Positions 52,330-62,128 are shown, counted from the first letter of the stretch. The stretch is DNA of 64,000 nt from Longimicrobiales bacterium (GCA_965248195.1 CBDFIQ010000002.1:1440001-1504000); one strand, 5' to 3'. Program-made: numbers and translations. The notes: generated by a model not told the origin, from the letters alone.

Positions 52330-52566
52330 TCAGTCGAGGCGTCGATCGCCCTTACGGCGCTTAACCGTTCGCCGTGGGTTCTCACTGCGTCGGGGCTCTC
52401 CTGATCTCCGATCGCTTTCGCGCTTTTCCTCGCTGACCTCCTCCTCCGAGGATCGGCGGATCCAGATCCGGCGACCCGGACCGGCTCGCCTTTCGCGGGG
52501 CAGCTCGCGCCTCTCGGCGACCCGCCGCTCTTCCTTTCGGCCTTCGTCGCGATCGGAATCGTCCAT
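52330..52566 (-). CDS. Small Arg/Glu-rich protein with repeated ERR/DRR motifs
   Basis: AGGAGG RBS, ATG 52566, 78 aa. Confidence 0.7.
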   Translation of the reverse strand: MDDSDRDEGRKEERRVAERRELPRERRAGPGRRIWIRRSSEEEVSEEKRESDRRSGEPRRSENPRRTVKRRKGDRRLD

Positions 52567-52798
52567 CGTTCTACCTCCTGCCTGATGACGTCCCCGAGGC
52601 CGACCTACGGTCAAGTGTGGTGTTCCAGAAGTGTCTCACACCACACCTGAGGACTATCTAACTTATACGCCACCGTCGGAGGCATGTGAAGGGCTGGGCG
52701 CGGCCGGAGGCCTGTGGAAGGAGTACAGTGGGCCGCGACCCGTGCTATCGCACGGGTACCACCCGAGCCATCGCACGGGCACCCGGGAGGCCACGGTC

Positions 52799-54310
52799 CT
52801 AGGTCCAACAACGGAGATTACCGTCGACGACCTCTGCCGGAAGCTGGCCTTGTCGCCCTTGCCCTCCCCCGCCCGAGGACGCCCGCGAGCGCGGGGCGGT
52901 CGCCCGCGGAGTGCGCGCTCGTGGGGCACTCGCTCGTGGAGCGCTCGACCGGGTTGGCGGAGCCCGCCGGGCGGCCGGAGCCCGAGGCGTCGTGCGGCGG
53001 GGCGCCGGACGCGCTGATGGCTGGGGCGCCCTGCCCCGGTTGTTGGGAGAGGCGGTCCTGGCTTGTGGCGAGCCGGACGCACGAGTCCGTGGGCTGGGGG
53101 CGGGCCGAGTCGCCGGCGCCCGCTCTCGCATAGACATTGAACGAGTTATGCCCCCTGAGCGGGATCGCGCTGTCGGACGAGGTGCTGTGCTAGACGGAGC
53201 TCGGGTGTCCGAACGGCCCGTAGCCGGCGTCGCCGGCCGGGACTGTCGCTCGGGCCTCGCGGACGCCGTCGGTGCGCCCTGTCGCGTTGTGTTGACGGCT
53301 TCACGACCAGAAGACGACGAAGAGCGGCGGGAGGTCGTGGCCGCCCGAGTGGGGGGATAGAGCCGTGTCGGAGTGCCGCGACGGGCACGCAAACCATCCG
53401 TGTGATCCGCACCGCGTCGCGAAACGGCGTCCGAAGGACGCACTCGGGCGGGATTGCCCCGAGCGGAAATACCCCGGTTGCCCCGGACTCTGTTGGATGC
53501 TTCCGCAGGGGTACCGAGCGCCCGAGCCCGCGGGGATTGCTCCCTCACGTTCCTCTGCGAGCTGGATGACCGGGCCCCTCTACTGGAGCGAGACTGCCTG
53601 ACGGCCGTCGAGCCGGACGTGGTCGAGCGGGCGGCGATAGCGCGCCGCACGCTTGTTTGCGGAGACTCCTTGTACAGCGGGGAGGAGCGCACGAGGCGCG
53701 AGCCGCGATAGGCCGGCGCAGGCCGGATCACCGCGGATGCCCTTCTGCTCCCCCCATACCGCACGACACCGTAAGCCGGGTACCCGTAGGCGTAACCGGA
53801 TCCGTAGCCGTGGCCGTACCCGTAGCCGTGGCCGTAGCCGTAATTCGGGTAACCGTACCCGTATGCCGAATAACCGTATCCGTACGTCGGATACCCGTAT
53901 CCGTATGCGTAGTACGGGGACGAATATCCGTAGCCGAAATTGAGCCCGAAGCTCAACGAGAAATGAGTGTGCCTCCGTGAGCCGTAGTAGCCGTACGGAT
54001 CGTAGTACGACGGCCCGCGGCGGCGGTAAGGGTTCAAGGAAACAACAGAATAGTTCTGGCGAATGTGGATGCGGTCGAACTCCCGGGAACAAGCGTACCG
54101 GTAGCGCTCGTAGTAGGTGTAATCCCAGCAGGGATCCTCGTAATAGAAATCGTACCAGGGATCCACAGACGTGTACGATGCGCCGACCCCAAATGCTCCG
54201 AAGCCCGCGGAGACCGAGAAGTTGCTCCAGGAATACTGTCCGGCCGCGGCGCTCGGATGCCAGATGACCGCGAGTCCGATCAGAAAAGCCGTTCGCATCA
54301 GTTTGGCCAC
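52799..54310 (-). CDS. Secreted protein with Tyr/Gly-rich middle and Arg/Ser/Pro-rich disordered tail
   Basis: AGGAGG RBS, signal peptide ending AAGQ, (GY)n repeats; 3' end uncertain. Confidence 0.75.
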   Translation of the reverse strand: MAKLMRTAFLIGLAVIWHPSAAAGQYSWSNFSVSAGFGAFGVGASYTSVDPWYDFYYEDPCWDYTYYERYRYACSREFDRIHIRQNYSVVSLNPYRRRGPSYYDPYGYYGSRRHTHFSLSFGLNFGYGYSSPYYAYGYGYPTYGYGYSAYGYGYPNYGYGHGYGYGHGYGSGYAYGYPAYGVVRYGGSRRASAVIRPAPAYRGSRLVRSSPLYKESPQTSVRRAIAARSTTSGSTAVRQSRSSRGARSSSSQRNVREQSPRARALGTPAEASNRVRGNRGISARGNPARVRPSDAVSRRGADHTDGLRARRGTPTRLYPPTRAATTSRRSSSSSGREAVNTTRQGAPTASARPERQSRPATPATGRSDTRAPSSTAPRPTARSRSGGITRSMSMRERAPATRPAPSPRTRASGSPQARTASPNNRGRAPQPSARPAPRRTTPRAPAARRAPPTRSSAPRASAPRARTPRATAPRSRASSGGGGQGRQGQLPAEVVDGNLRCWT

Positions 54311-54347
54311 GATGTCCTCCTTGGGAGATCCTGCTCCTGCGTGAGTT

Positions 54348-54362
54348 GCATGGGCCGTGCCA
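54348..54362 (-). promoter_or_regulatory. Sigma54 -24/-12 promoter candidate
   Basis: Minus strand TTGGCACGGCCCATGCA, about 38 bp before the start codon. Confidence 0.78.
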
Positions 54363-54900
54363 ACGGACGTCCATCGCCGGAAACTTATATTTGTCGCGGG
54401 TAAACGGCCACCCGGGCCGTTTTAGCCCGAGCCGGCCCGTCCTCGTACGAGGACGGCCTCAGGCCGGTAATGTGACAGGGCAGCGAGGTCGTGGGAGGCG
54501 CGTGAATTGCGGCGCCCTCGGTGAGGCCGCACTCAAGACCCTTGCCCCCGAGAGAGAAAGAGCGGAAATTAGGCTCCACCCAATCGGGTGCCCGGAACGA
54601 AGGTCTTCGATTCAACAGGCCGAACTCGAGTCGTTCCAACGTCGACACCGTTCTCCCATGGCTTCGGCCGTGGGAATTGCCCGTGCAGCGAGAAGTGAGT
54701 CCGGGCTCAGACGATGGACGAGATGCCCCAGGACTTCCGGGGCAGGATCCTTTTCGGCCTGAAAATATCGGTGGCCGATCCCACCGCTTCGACGTTGCAT
54801 ACGTCGCGGCGGGAAGAGAGGCCGACTTCTCTCGTTCCTTTCGTAGGCAGCGGATTCAGGCCCGCCAAGCAAGTGGGCCCACATAAGGAAACCCAACACA

Positions 54901-56532
54901 GTGGACGGTAACTCACCCAACGATGGGCGGGGGCAGGACGACCCGCGCGATCAAGAACAGCACGGTCCGGCCGATTCGCACGACCCGGCCGATTCGCACG
55001 GCTCGGCCGATTCGCATGGCTCGGCCGATTCGCACGGCCCAGATGAGCCTCAGGTTGCGACCGGAGTGAAAGGGTCCGACGAAACGGGGAGTTCGGATCA
55101 GGAGACGGGGTCCGACACCACGGACGATTCGAGCCGTCGGCAGGACGCGGCGGGGAACCAGGGCGGCTCCCGCGATTCGAGGGCTTCCGGTCGCCGGGGA
55201 GGTGGCAGGTCACGCCAGGGCCAGGGGCAAAGCCAGAGCCGAAATAGCCGGCAAGGTAAGGGTGGCCAAAGGAATCGAGGAGGGCGGGGCCAGAGGCGCC
55301 AACGCGCTCAGGAGGGCGGCGCCGACCGCCAGGAAGGCAACCGCCAAGACGATGCCCGCTACGACGAGGTCGAGCTGACGAGTCCGGACTCGAGCTCCGT
55401 CGAGTTGCTCGGCATCCTGGACGTTCTGGGCAGTGGTTCCGGCTTCATTCGACGCCGGGAGGCGGGCTATACCCCCAGCAACGAGGACATCTACGTCGGG
55501 GCGAAAGTCATTCAGAAGTTCGGGCTTCGAACGGGCGATGAGCTCAGCGGGTCCGTAGGCCGAAAACCCAAGAGCGGAAAAAGTCCGCCCCTCACCCACC
55601 TTGCGCTCGTCAACGCGAATCCCCCGGAGGACGCGAAGAGACGGCCTGAATTCAACCGTCTCAGCGCGGTGCATCCGAGCGAGCAGCTGATTCTGGCGTG
55701 TGATCGTGAGGTCGCTGGGCAGCCTGACTACACCAACCGCGTGATCGACTTGTTCTGTCCCTTCGGTAAGGGCCAAAGGGCCATGATCGTTTCGCCGTCT
55801 AAGGCCGGTAAGACCACCGTGCTTCAGTCGGTCGCCGAAGGGATCGTCACGAACAATCCGGAATGCCGTCTCATGATTCTCCTCGCCGACGAGCGGCCGG
55901 AGGAAATCACGGACATGGAGATGTGCGGCTTCGGAGAGGTGATCGCCTCCAGCTTCGATCGGCCCGCGGAACGCCATTGCCAGGTCGCTGAGATGACACT
56001 GGAGCGGGCCCGGCGCTACGTCGAAAGCGGGGAGGACGTCGTTATCATCCTCGACTCCATCACCCGGCTGGCCCGGGCCTACAATACCGTGGAAGAGGGA
56101 AGTGGCCGCACGCTGTCCGGTGGTCTGGACGCGAACTCGCTCGAAAAGCCCAAGCGGTTCATCGGGAGCGCGAGGAAGATCGATCCTCGGCAGGGCGGGG
56201 GGTCCCTCACCATTATAGCCACCGCGCTGGTGGATACAGGGTCGCGTATGGACCAGGTCATCTTCGAGGAGTTCAAGGGCACGGGAAACAGCGAGTTGGT
56301 CCTGAGCCGGGAGCTGGCGGATAAGAGACTCTTCCCGGCCATCGACCTCAACCAATCGGCCACGCGGAAGGAGGAGCTCCTCCTCGAACCCGATGCCCTT
56401 GCGGTGTCACGGGCCATGCGGAGGCAGTTGGCCGACGTGGCGCCAGCGGACGCGATGAACGAGTTGCTGGGGGTGATGCGGAGCACCCGCACCAACGAAG
56501 GCCTTGTGGCGATTGCCAGTCAGAAGATGTAG
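54901..56532 (+). CDS. rho: Transcription termination factor Rho with low-complexity N-terminal region
   Basis: GFIR, DIYV, LRTGD, GKGQR, PSKAGKT, DERPEE, LDSITRLARAYN, GRTLSGG, EEFKGTGNSE; start uncertain. Confidence 0.95.
   Translation: MDGNSPNDGRGQDDPRDQEQHGPADSHDPADSHGSADSHGSADSHGPDEPQVATGVKGSDETGSSDQETGSDTTDDSSRRQDAAGNQGGSRDSRASGRRGGGRSRQGQGQSQSRNSRQGKGGQRNRGGRGQRRQRAQEGGADRQEGNRQDDARYDEVELTSPDSSSVELLGILDVLGSGSGFIRRREAGYTPSNEDIYVGAKVIQKFGLRTGDELSGSVGRKPKSGKSPPLTHLALVNANPPEDAKRRPEFNRLSAVHPSEQLILACDREVAGQPDYTNRVIDLFCPFGKGQRAMIVSPSKAGKTTVLQSVAEGIVTNNPECRLMILLADERPEEITDMEMCGFGEVIASSFDRPAERHCQVAEMTLERARRYVESGEDVVIILDSITRLARAYNTVEEGSGRTLSGGLDANSLEKPKRFIGSARKIDPRQGGGSLTIIATALVDTGSRMDQVIFEEFKGTGNSELVLSRELADKRLFPAIDLNQSATRKEELLLEPDALAVSRAMRRQLADVAPADAMNELLGVMRSTRTNEGLVAIASQKM
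54968..55039 (+). repeat. 18-bp in-frame tandem repeat x4 ([P/S]ADSH[G/D])
   Basis: cggccgattcgca(c/t)g repeated every 18 bp. Confidence 0.88.
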
Positions 56533-57029
56533 CCCAGCTTTTCCAAGCCCTCCGCAAGCTGCGCTCCCTGTGACTTGGCCATGCCTCGGGCCACGTAGCC
56601 CATCAGCGGATTGGGCCCGAAGTCGCCCTCTTCCCGCCAGGTCACCCGGCTCGCTCCCCCGACAGCCTGGATCCTGAGTTCGCCTGTAACCGAAGCGCCA
56701 CCTTCGACCTCCACCTCGTAACGCACGAACGTCGGCGATCCACTGCCGGTGATGGTCACCGAGCCGGACCCGAAATTCGGATCGTCCCAGGCCCGGGATG
56801 CGCCGACACCGCGGGAGGGGTCACTCAGCTCCGAATCGATGTCCCCCCAGTTGGTCCACGTATCCCATCGGCTCAGGTCGTTCAGGAAGGGGAAAACCTC
56901 TGTCGGCGCAGCCTCGATTTGGATCGACGCCTCTGCCGCCCACGTGCCGGGAAGCACGAGACCGATCAGCATGAGGGTGACGAGGACTGCGCCGATGCCA
57001 CCGAACACCTTTGCGAGGGGAGCCATCAT
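56520..57029 (-). CDS. SRPBCC family protein with N-terminal membrane anchor
   Basis: SIQIEAAPTEVF, W..W..W, GVGA...W, RVTW, GLEKL. Confidence 0.85.
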   Translation of the reverse strand: MMAPLAKVFGGIGAVLVTLMLIGLVLPGTWAAEASIQIEAAPTEVFPFLNDLSRWDTWTNWGDIDSELSDPSRGVGASRAWDDPNFGSGSVTITGSGSPTFVRYEVEVEGGASVTGELRIQAVGGASRVTWREEGDFGPNPLMGYVARGMAKSQGAQLAEGLEKLGYIF

Positions 57030-57823
57030 AGGCCGGTCGCCTGCTCCGTGTTGAGGTCATCGAGAATGGGACGAAGGTGCTCCCAGACGGTTTGGGCGAT
57101 CATGCGATGGCCCTCCGGTGTGGGATGAATGCCGTCGGTCTGGTTCAGTTCGGGGAAGCCGGCCACCCCCTCGAGCAGAAACGGGATCAGGGTGCCGCCA
57201 TTCGTGCTTGCGAGCTCGGAAAAGACGGACGAAAACGCCGAGGCATACGTCTGGCCCAGATTGGGAGGAGCTTGCATTCCCGAGAGCAGCAGGCGAGCCT
57301 CGGGATAATGGGTACGGGTGCTGTCGATGACCGCCTGGAGGTTGGCCTTCATCGAGTCGGGCGATAGCCCTCGAAGGCCGTCATTGGCTCCCAGCTCGAG
57401 CACCAACACCTGAACGGGAGCCCGCAGAAACCAGCTGATCGTCGCAGGCCCTCCCGCGCTGGTGATTCCACTGACTCCGGCGTTGACCATCCGGAAGGGA
57501 AGCCCGGCGGAGTCTGCCAGAACCTGAATGCGATCCGTGAAGCGGCTCGCCGGATCGGCCAGACCCAAGCCAGCGGTCAGGCTCGTGCCCAGGAAGACCA
57601 CGCGGCTCCCCAGGTCTGCCCGCTGAGCGGGATCCAGCCCGGTCGACGGGGCGTTGCCCCCAGAGCGTAACGGTGCGGTGTCCCCCGCGTTTGAACCTTC
57701 CTGGCGCCCGGAGCGTACCACGTCCGAGTCACCACCCGAGCCGCACGCGGCCTGGGTGAGCCCGACCACCATAATCCCGACAGCTGCCATGATTCGCGCC
57801 GAGGGTCTGTCAAAGGAATACAT
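57026..57823 (-). CDS. TesA-like SGNH arylesterase/thioesterase, probable lipoprotein
   Basis: GTSLTAG, NAGVSG, ELGANDGLRG, PFLLEGVA, DGIHP; AAC lipobox-like. Confidence 0.92.
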   Translation of the reverse strand: MYSFDRPSARIMAAVGIMVVGLTQAACGSGGDSDVVRSGRQEGSNAGDTAPLRSGGNAPSTGLDPAQRADLGSRVVFLGTSLTAGLGLADPASRFTDRIQVLADSAGLPFRMVNAGVSGITSAGGPATISWFLRAPVQVLVLELGANDGLRGLSPDSMKANLQAVIDSTRTHYPEARLLLSGMQAPPNLGQTYASAFSSVFSELASTNGGTLIPFLLEGVAGFPELNQTDGIHPTPEGHRMIAQTVWEHLRPILDDLNTEQATGL

Positions 57824-58535
57824 GAGTGGGGGTCAGCCCCTTCGCGTGTTGGACCGGGTCGATCTCCACGTGGAGCCGGAGAGCTTCGTGGCGGTGGTCG
57901 GCCCTTCGGGCAGCGGCAAGACCACCCTGTTGGGTCTCCTCGCCGGACTCGACGAGCCCACGGAGGGCACGGTAACCGTAGCCGGTGAAAATCTCCAGGC
58001 TCTTACCGAAGACGGTCGGGCGAGGTTTCGCGCAAACAACGTAGGGTTCGTATTCCAGACCTTCCATCTGCTACCTACGCTTACCGCTCTCGAGAACGTG
58101 ATGGTGCCCCTGGAGCTTCGTGACCTCGTTGCGCACGAGAACGGACGCTCTGTTCGCCAGAGGGCGACGGCGCTGCTGGAGCGGGTGGGATTAGGGGGCC
58201 GTGCGGGCCACTATCCCTCGCAGCTCTCGGGGGGTGAGCAGCAGCGGGTCGCCCTCGCGCGGGCCTTTGCGAACGAGCCGAGGATTCTGTTCGCGGATGA
58301 ACCGACCGGCAACCTGGACCGAAAGACGGGGCAGCGTGTGGTGGAACTGATGGAGGAAATCAACCAGGAGCTCAAGACTACGTTGGTGTTGGTCACACAC
58401 GACCTCGATCTCGCCGCGCGCGCGTATCGGACGATCTCTCTGGAGGATGGACGGATCGTTTCCGATGAGGCGAGACGGTCCGACGCCGAAGACCAACCGT
58501 CTGGACTCTCCGATGGGGGCGGGCTCGCACAATGA
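57789..58535 (+). CDS. ABC transporter ATP-binding protein, YbbA-like
   Basis: GPSGSGKT, LSGGEQQRVA, ADEPTGNLD, VTHD. Confidence 0.93.
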   Translation: MIRAEGLSKEYMSGGQPLRVLDRVDLHVEPESFVAVVGPSGSGKTTLLGLLAGLDEPTEGTVTVAGENLQALTEDGRARFRANNVGFVFQTFHLLPTLTALENVMVPLELRDLVAHENGRSVRQRATALLERVGLGGRAGHYPSQLSGGEQQRVALARAFANEPRILFADEPTGNLDRKTGQRVVELMEEINQELKTTLVLVTHDLDLAARAYRTISLEDGRIVSDEARRSDAEDQPSGLSDGGGLAQ

Positions 58536-61129
58536 TCCGCAGCTTCGCGGCTCGCCTCGCATGGCGTGAGGGCCGGGCGGCGTACCGGCGCCTCTCTGTT
58601 TTCGTGAGTTCGATTGCGCTGGGTGTCGGGTCGCTCGTGGCGATCCACTCCTTTCGGGCCGACGTGCAGCGTTCGCTCGGAGATCAGGCCCGCGCTCTCC
58701 TCGGGGCAGATGTGCGGGTTTCGTCCAGGCGGGAGTTTCCTGAGGCGTTTGACGCGGTGCTGGATTCCATGGCCGGCCAAGGGAGGGATGTCGCGCGCAC
58801 GACCACCCTCGCGTCGATGGTGCTCGACACCCGAAGCCAGGGGGTGCGGCTCTTCCAGATTCAAGGCGTGGATGCCGGCTACCCGTATTACGGAGAGTTT
58901 ACGCCCACACCTGACGCGGCATGGACGGAGATCCACGAGGGTCCCTGGGCCGTCGCCGACCCGGCCGTCTTCATCCAACTCGACGCGGCCGTAGGTGACA
59001 CCCTGCTGATCGGGGAGGCTCGGTTCGTTCTCAGGGGTGGAGTCACCGGGTTGCCCACCGATGTAGGGTTCCAGTCGGCGATCGGTCCGCGCGTTTATAT
59101 CTCCCGCGACCGGCTATCCTCGACCGGCTTGCTCACCTTCGGATCCATCGTCCGCTATCACGCCAACTTCAGGATGCCTGAGCGCGAAGACCGAGCCCAG
59201 TTTCGGGATCGCAACCGCGAACTTCTAGAAGTGAACCAGCTCCGGTACACGACCGCCGGTGGGCGCGCTCGGGAAATGAGCTCGGCCGTGGAGGACGTTT
59301 CGCGCTACCTGGGCCTCTTGGGCCTGGCGGCGCTCTTCCTCGGAGGGATCGGGGTGGCCAGCGCGATCCACGTGTATATTCGCGAAAAAGTGGTCACGAT
59401 TGCCGTTCTGCGTTGTTTGGGGGCGCTCCAGCGGACCCTCTTCACCGCCTACCTCCTTCAGGCCGCCGGTCTTGCGCTCATCGGGTCCGTCCTCGGGGTC
59501 GGATTGGGGATGGCGGTCCAGCGGGGGCTGCCGCTGGTGCTCACCGGCCTGTTGCCGGTGGGGGTCACGACGCAGGTGTCCTGGCTCGCCCTCGGGGCGG
59601 GTGTCGCTCTCGGTGTCTGGGTGGCGATCATGTTCGCGCTGGGCCCCCTTCTGGAGGTTCGGGGCGTCTCCCCGCTCATCGCACTCAGGCACCACTTCGA
59701 GCCGCCCAAACGCACCGACGCCTTGCGGGTCGCCGCCTTCGTGTTGCTTGCAGTCACGTTGGTGGGCCTCACGGTTCTGGAGGCGCCCTCGGATGAGGGG
59801 ATCGGTTTCGCGATCGTGCTGGGGGGTGTGGCGCTCGCGCTATGGGCGACCGCACGGGTGCTGATCTTGGCCACGAAGCGGTTCTTCCCGCACGGGATGT
59901 CCTACCCGGTACGGCAGGGGGTGAGCAACCTCTTCCGTCCGCGGAATCAAACCGTATCGGTGACGCTGGCTCTGGGCTTCGGCGCGTTCGTCATTGGAAC
60001 GGTGGGGCTGGTCGAGGCCAGCCTCACTCAGGCGTTTACGCTCGAGGCGGGCGCCGGCAGATGGAACCTTCTGCTTTTCGACGTCCAGTCGGACCAGCGT
60101 GAGACCGTGGAGGACTTCCTCGACTCACGTGCATCCGGGCCTCTCGAGGTGACGCCGCTGGTGCCGTCCCAACTGTTGGCGATCAACGGGATCCCGGTCG
60201 AGACCCTCCTGGAGGCACCCCGTGGTGAGCGACCCCGATCCTGGGCCATGCGGCGACAATACCGACACACATACCGGGCCGAACTCACGAGCTCCGAGGC
60301 CTTGGTCGCAGGTGCTTGGTGGGACACACCGGCCGTGTTTGAGGGCGAGGAAGGGGCCGGCAGCGATGGGACCGGTGACGAGCTAGCCGGCGACGAGGGG
60401 GCCGGTGTGGCGAGGATCTCCATGGAGGCGGATCTGGCCGAGAGCCTCCGTGTCGGGCTCGGCGACCGCATTACGTGGGACTTCGCGGGGGTGCCGATCG
60501 AGTCGCGGATCACGAGCCTGCGGTCCGTGGATTGGGCCCGTTTTCAGACCAATTTTTACGTGGTCTTCGAACCCGGAACGTTGGAGGAGGCTCCGCAAAC
60601 GGCGGTTGTTTTGGCCCTTGTCGAGGGAGAGCAGGAGCGAGCTGAAATGCAGCGGGATCTCGTTCTTCGCTTCGCAAACGTCTCGGTTTTGGACCTCTCG
60701 CGACTTCAGCAGACGATCGATGAGATTCTCCAGCGGGCCAATCAGGGGATCCGTTTCTTGGGTGTGTTCAGCACGGTTGCAGGCGTCCTGGTGCTGATCG
60801 GGGCGCTGTCGACGTCGCGTTACCAAAGGATGCGCGAGAGCGCTCTGCTCAAGACGCTGGGGGCCAGACGGGGGGTGGTGCTCAAGATTCTCACCGTCGA
60901 GTACGCGGTGCTGGGCTCGCTGGCGACCGCCGCGGGACTAGTCCTGGCCATTTTTGCTGGATGGCTGATGACGTGGACAGTGTTCGAGGTTCCGTTCCGG
61001 CTGGACCTCGCCCGAATTGGAGCCGTATGGCTGTGGGTTACCGGGGTGACCCTCGTCGTAGGTCTGATCGGGAGCCGAGGTGTGATCTCCCGCCCGCCAC
61101 TGGCCGTGCTGCGGGAGGTCGCGGGGTAG
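58532..61129 (+). CDS. ABC transporter permease, YbbP-like (two FtsX domains)
   Basis: LLGAD, YPYYG, IAVLRCLGA, LRSVDW..F..NF, ESALLKTLGA. Confidence 0.92.
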   Translation: MIRSFAARLAWREGRAAYRRLSVFVSSIALGVGSLVAIHSFRADVQRSLGDQARALLGADVRVSSRREFPEAFDAVLDSMAGQGRDVARTTTLASMVLDTRSQGVRLFQIQGVDAGYPYYGEFTPTPDAAWTEIHEGPWAVADPAVFIQLDAAVGDTLLIGEARFVLRGGVTGLPTDVGFQSAIGPRVYISRDRLSSTGLLTFGSIVRYHANFRMPEREDRAQFRDRNRELLEVNQLRYTTAGGRAREMSSAVEDVSRYLGLLGLAALFLGGIGVASAIHVYIREKVVTIAVLRCLGALQRTLFTAYLLQAAGLALIGSVLGVGLGMAVQRGLPLVLTGLLPVGVTTQVSWLALGAGVALGVWVAIMFALGPLLEVRGVSPLIALRHHFEPPKRTDALRVAAFVLLAVTLVGLTVLEAPSDEGIGFAIVLGGVALALWATARVLILATKRFFPHGMSYPVRQGVSNLFRPRNQTVSVTLALGFGAFVIGTVGLVEASLTQAFTLEAGAGRWNLLLFDVQSDQRETVEDFLDSRASGPLEVTPLVPSQLLAINGIPVETLLEAPRGERPRSWAMRRQYRHTYRAELTSSEALVAGAWWDTPAVFEGEEGAGSDGTGDELAGDEGAGVARISMEADLAESLRVGLGDRITWDFAGVPIESRITSLRSVDWARFQTNFYVVFEPGTLEEAPQTAVVLALVEGEQERAEMQRDLVLRFANVSVLDLSRLQQTIDEILQRANQGIRFLGVFSTVAGVLVLIGALSTSRYQRMRESALLKTLGARRGVVLKILTVEYAVLGSLATAAGLVLAIFAGWLMTWTVFEVPFRLDLARIGAVWLWVTGVTLVVGLIGSRGVISRPPLAVLREVAG

Positions 61130-61167
61130 CCGCCGGTACGGAGCGCCGCCTCGGCGGACTGAGCCGG

Positions 61168-62112
61168 CTAGCCCAGCAACGGTTCGATGAGTGCGACCAG
61201 TTCCTCGTGGCTCAAGTCGCCCGGGTTGTAGCGCTGAACGATGCCATCGCGATCGACGAGGACGAGCGTTGGCGTCGTACTGACGCCGAAGTTGAGGAAA
61301 TTGTCGGTGCTAATCGGTACACCCATCCACGGCGGGATCGGATATAGCGCCTTGTAGTCGCCGTTCATATACGCCAGCTCCTCCTCGGGCGTCGCGGTCT
61401 GCCCGCGGGAGATGTAACCATAGAGCTGGGTTGGACCGACGATGACCAGACCCCGGTCATGATATTCTTCGTACAGTTCCCTCAGCACCGGCTCCTGCCG
61501 CTTGCAGTCCGGGCACCAATGGGCCCAGAAGAAGAACAGCACGACTTTGCCTCTCAGCTCATCCGGCGTCGGTGGCGGTGAACCGAGGTAGTCGTCGACC
61601 TCGAGAGCAGGAAACGGCTTCCCCTCCAAGCTGAGCAAGAGGAAGTTCTTCTGAATTCGAGTTTCGATCGACGTGCCCGCAAACTCCCGCCGTGCGGCAC
61701 TCAGAAAAGTGACAGCCCGGGCGCGGTCTCCTTGGGCGTCGTACGTGTGACCCAGCACCTCTATCCCGGCCCCAAGAGCCGTGGGCAAGAAACGCTCTGC
61801 GTCGAGCGGCCGCTCTTTCATCAATTCGAGGCTACCCTCGTACGCTTCGCTCGCATACCGCTCCGCGACGTCCCACCGCTCCGCGAAGCTCGCCCCACGC
61901 GCCAGCCAAGAGACCGCGGCGAGCCATTCTGCGGTCGGCTGCTCGCCATCGACCCGTCTCGCCTCGAGGATGTCTCTGGCCCTATCGACTTCCTCCGCCC
62001 AAGCCAGATCGCTCATTTCCGACACTAGGCCGCGCGATTGGCCGAACAGGGCTGACGGCGAGACCAGGCAGATCAGCAGGAACGGTATGGGCAAAGCTTT
62101 GGACTGTCTCAT
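61168..62112 (-). CDS. Exported TlpA-like thioredoxin-domain protein
   Basis: Signal peptide, helical N-domain, LRGKVVLFFFWAHWCPDC, TPTLVLVDRDG. Confidence 0.9.
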   Translation of the reverse strand: MRQSKALPIPFLLICLVSPSALFGQSRGLVSEMSDLAWAEEVDRARDILEARRVDGEQPTAEWLAAVSWLARGASFAERWDVAERYASEAYEGSLELMKERPLDAERFLPTALGAGIEVLGHTYDAQGDRARAVTFLSAARREFAGTSIETRIQKNFLLLSLEGKPFPALEVDDYLGSPPPTPDELRGKVVLFFFWAHWCPDCKRQEPVLRELYEEYHDRGLVIVGPTQLYGYISRGQTATPEEELAYMNGDYKALYPIPPWMGVPISTDNFLNFGVSTTPTLVLVDRDGIVQRYNPGDLSHEELVALIEPLLG

Positions 62113-62128
62113 GGGCGCTCTCCAATCG

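Noticed and set aside
52738..52785. REP-like repeat (acccg.gc.atcgcacggg x2)
   Set aside because: Only two imperfect local copies and none elsewhere in the window; may just be a terminator hairpin
54756..54862. tRNA gene (central loop contains GCA)
   Set aside because: No TTCRA T-loop or D-loop consensus and arm lengths are wrong; kept only as a structured-leader candidate
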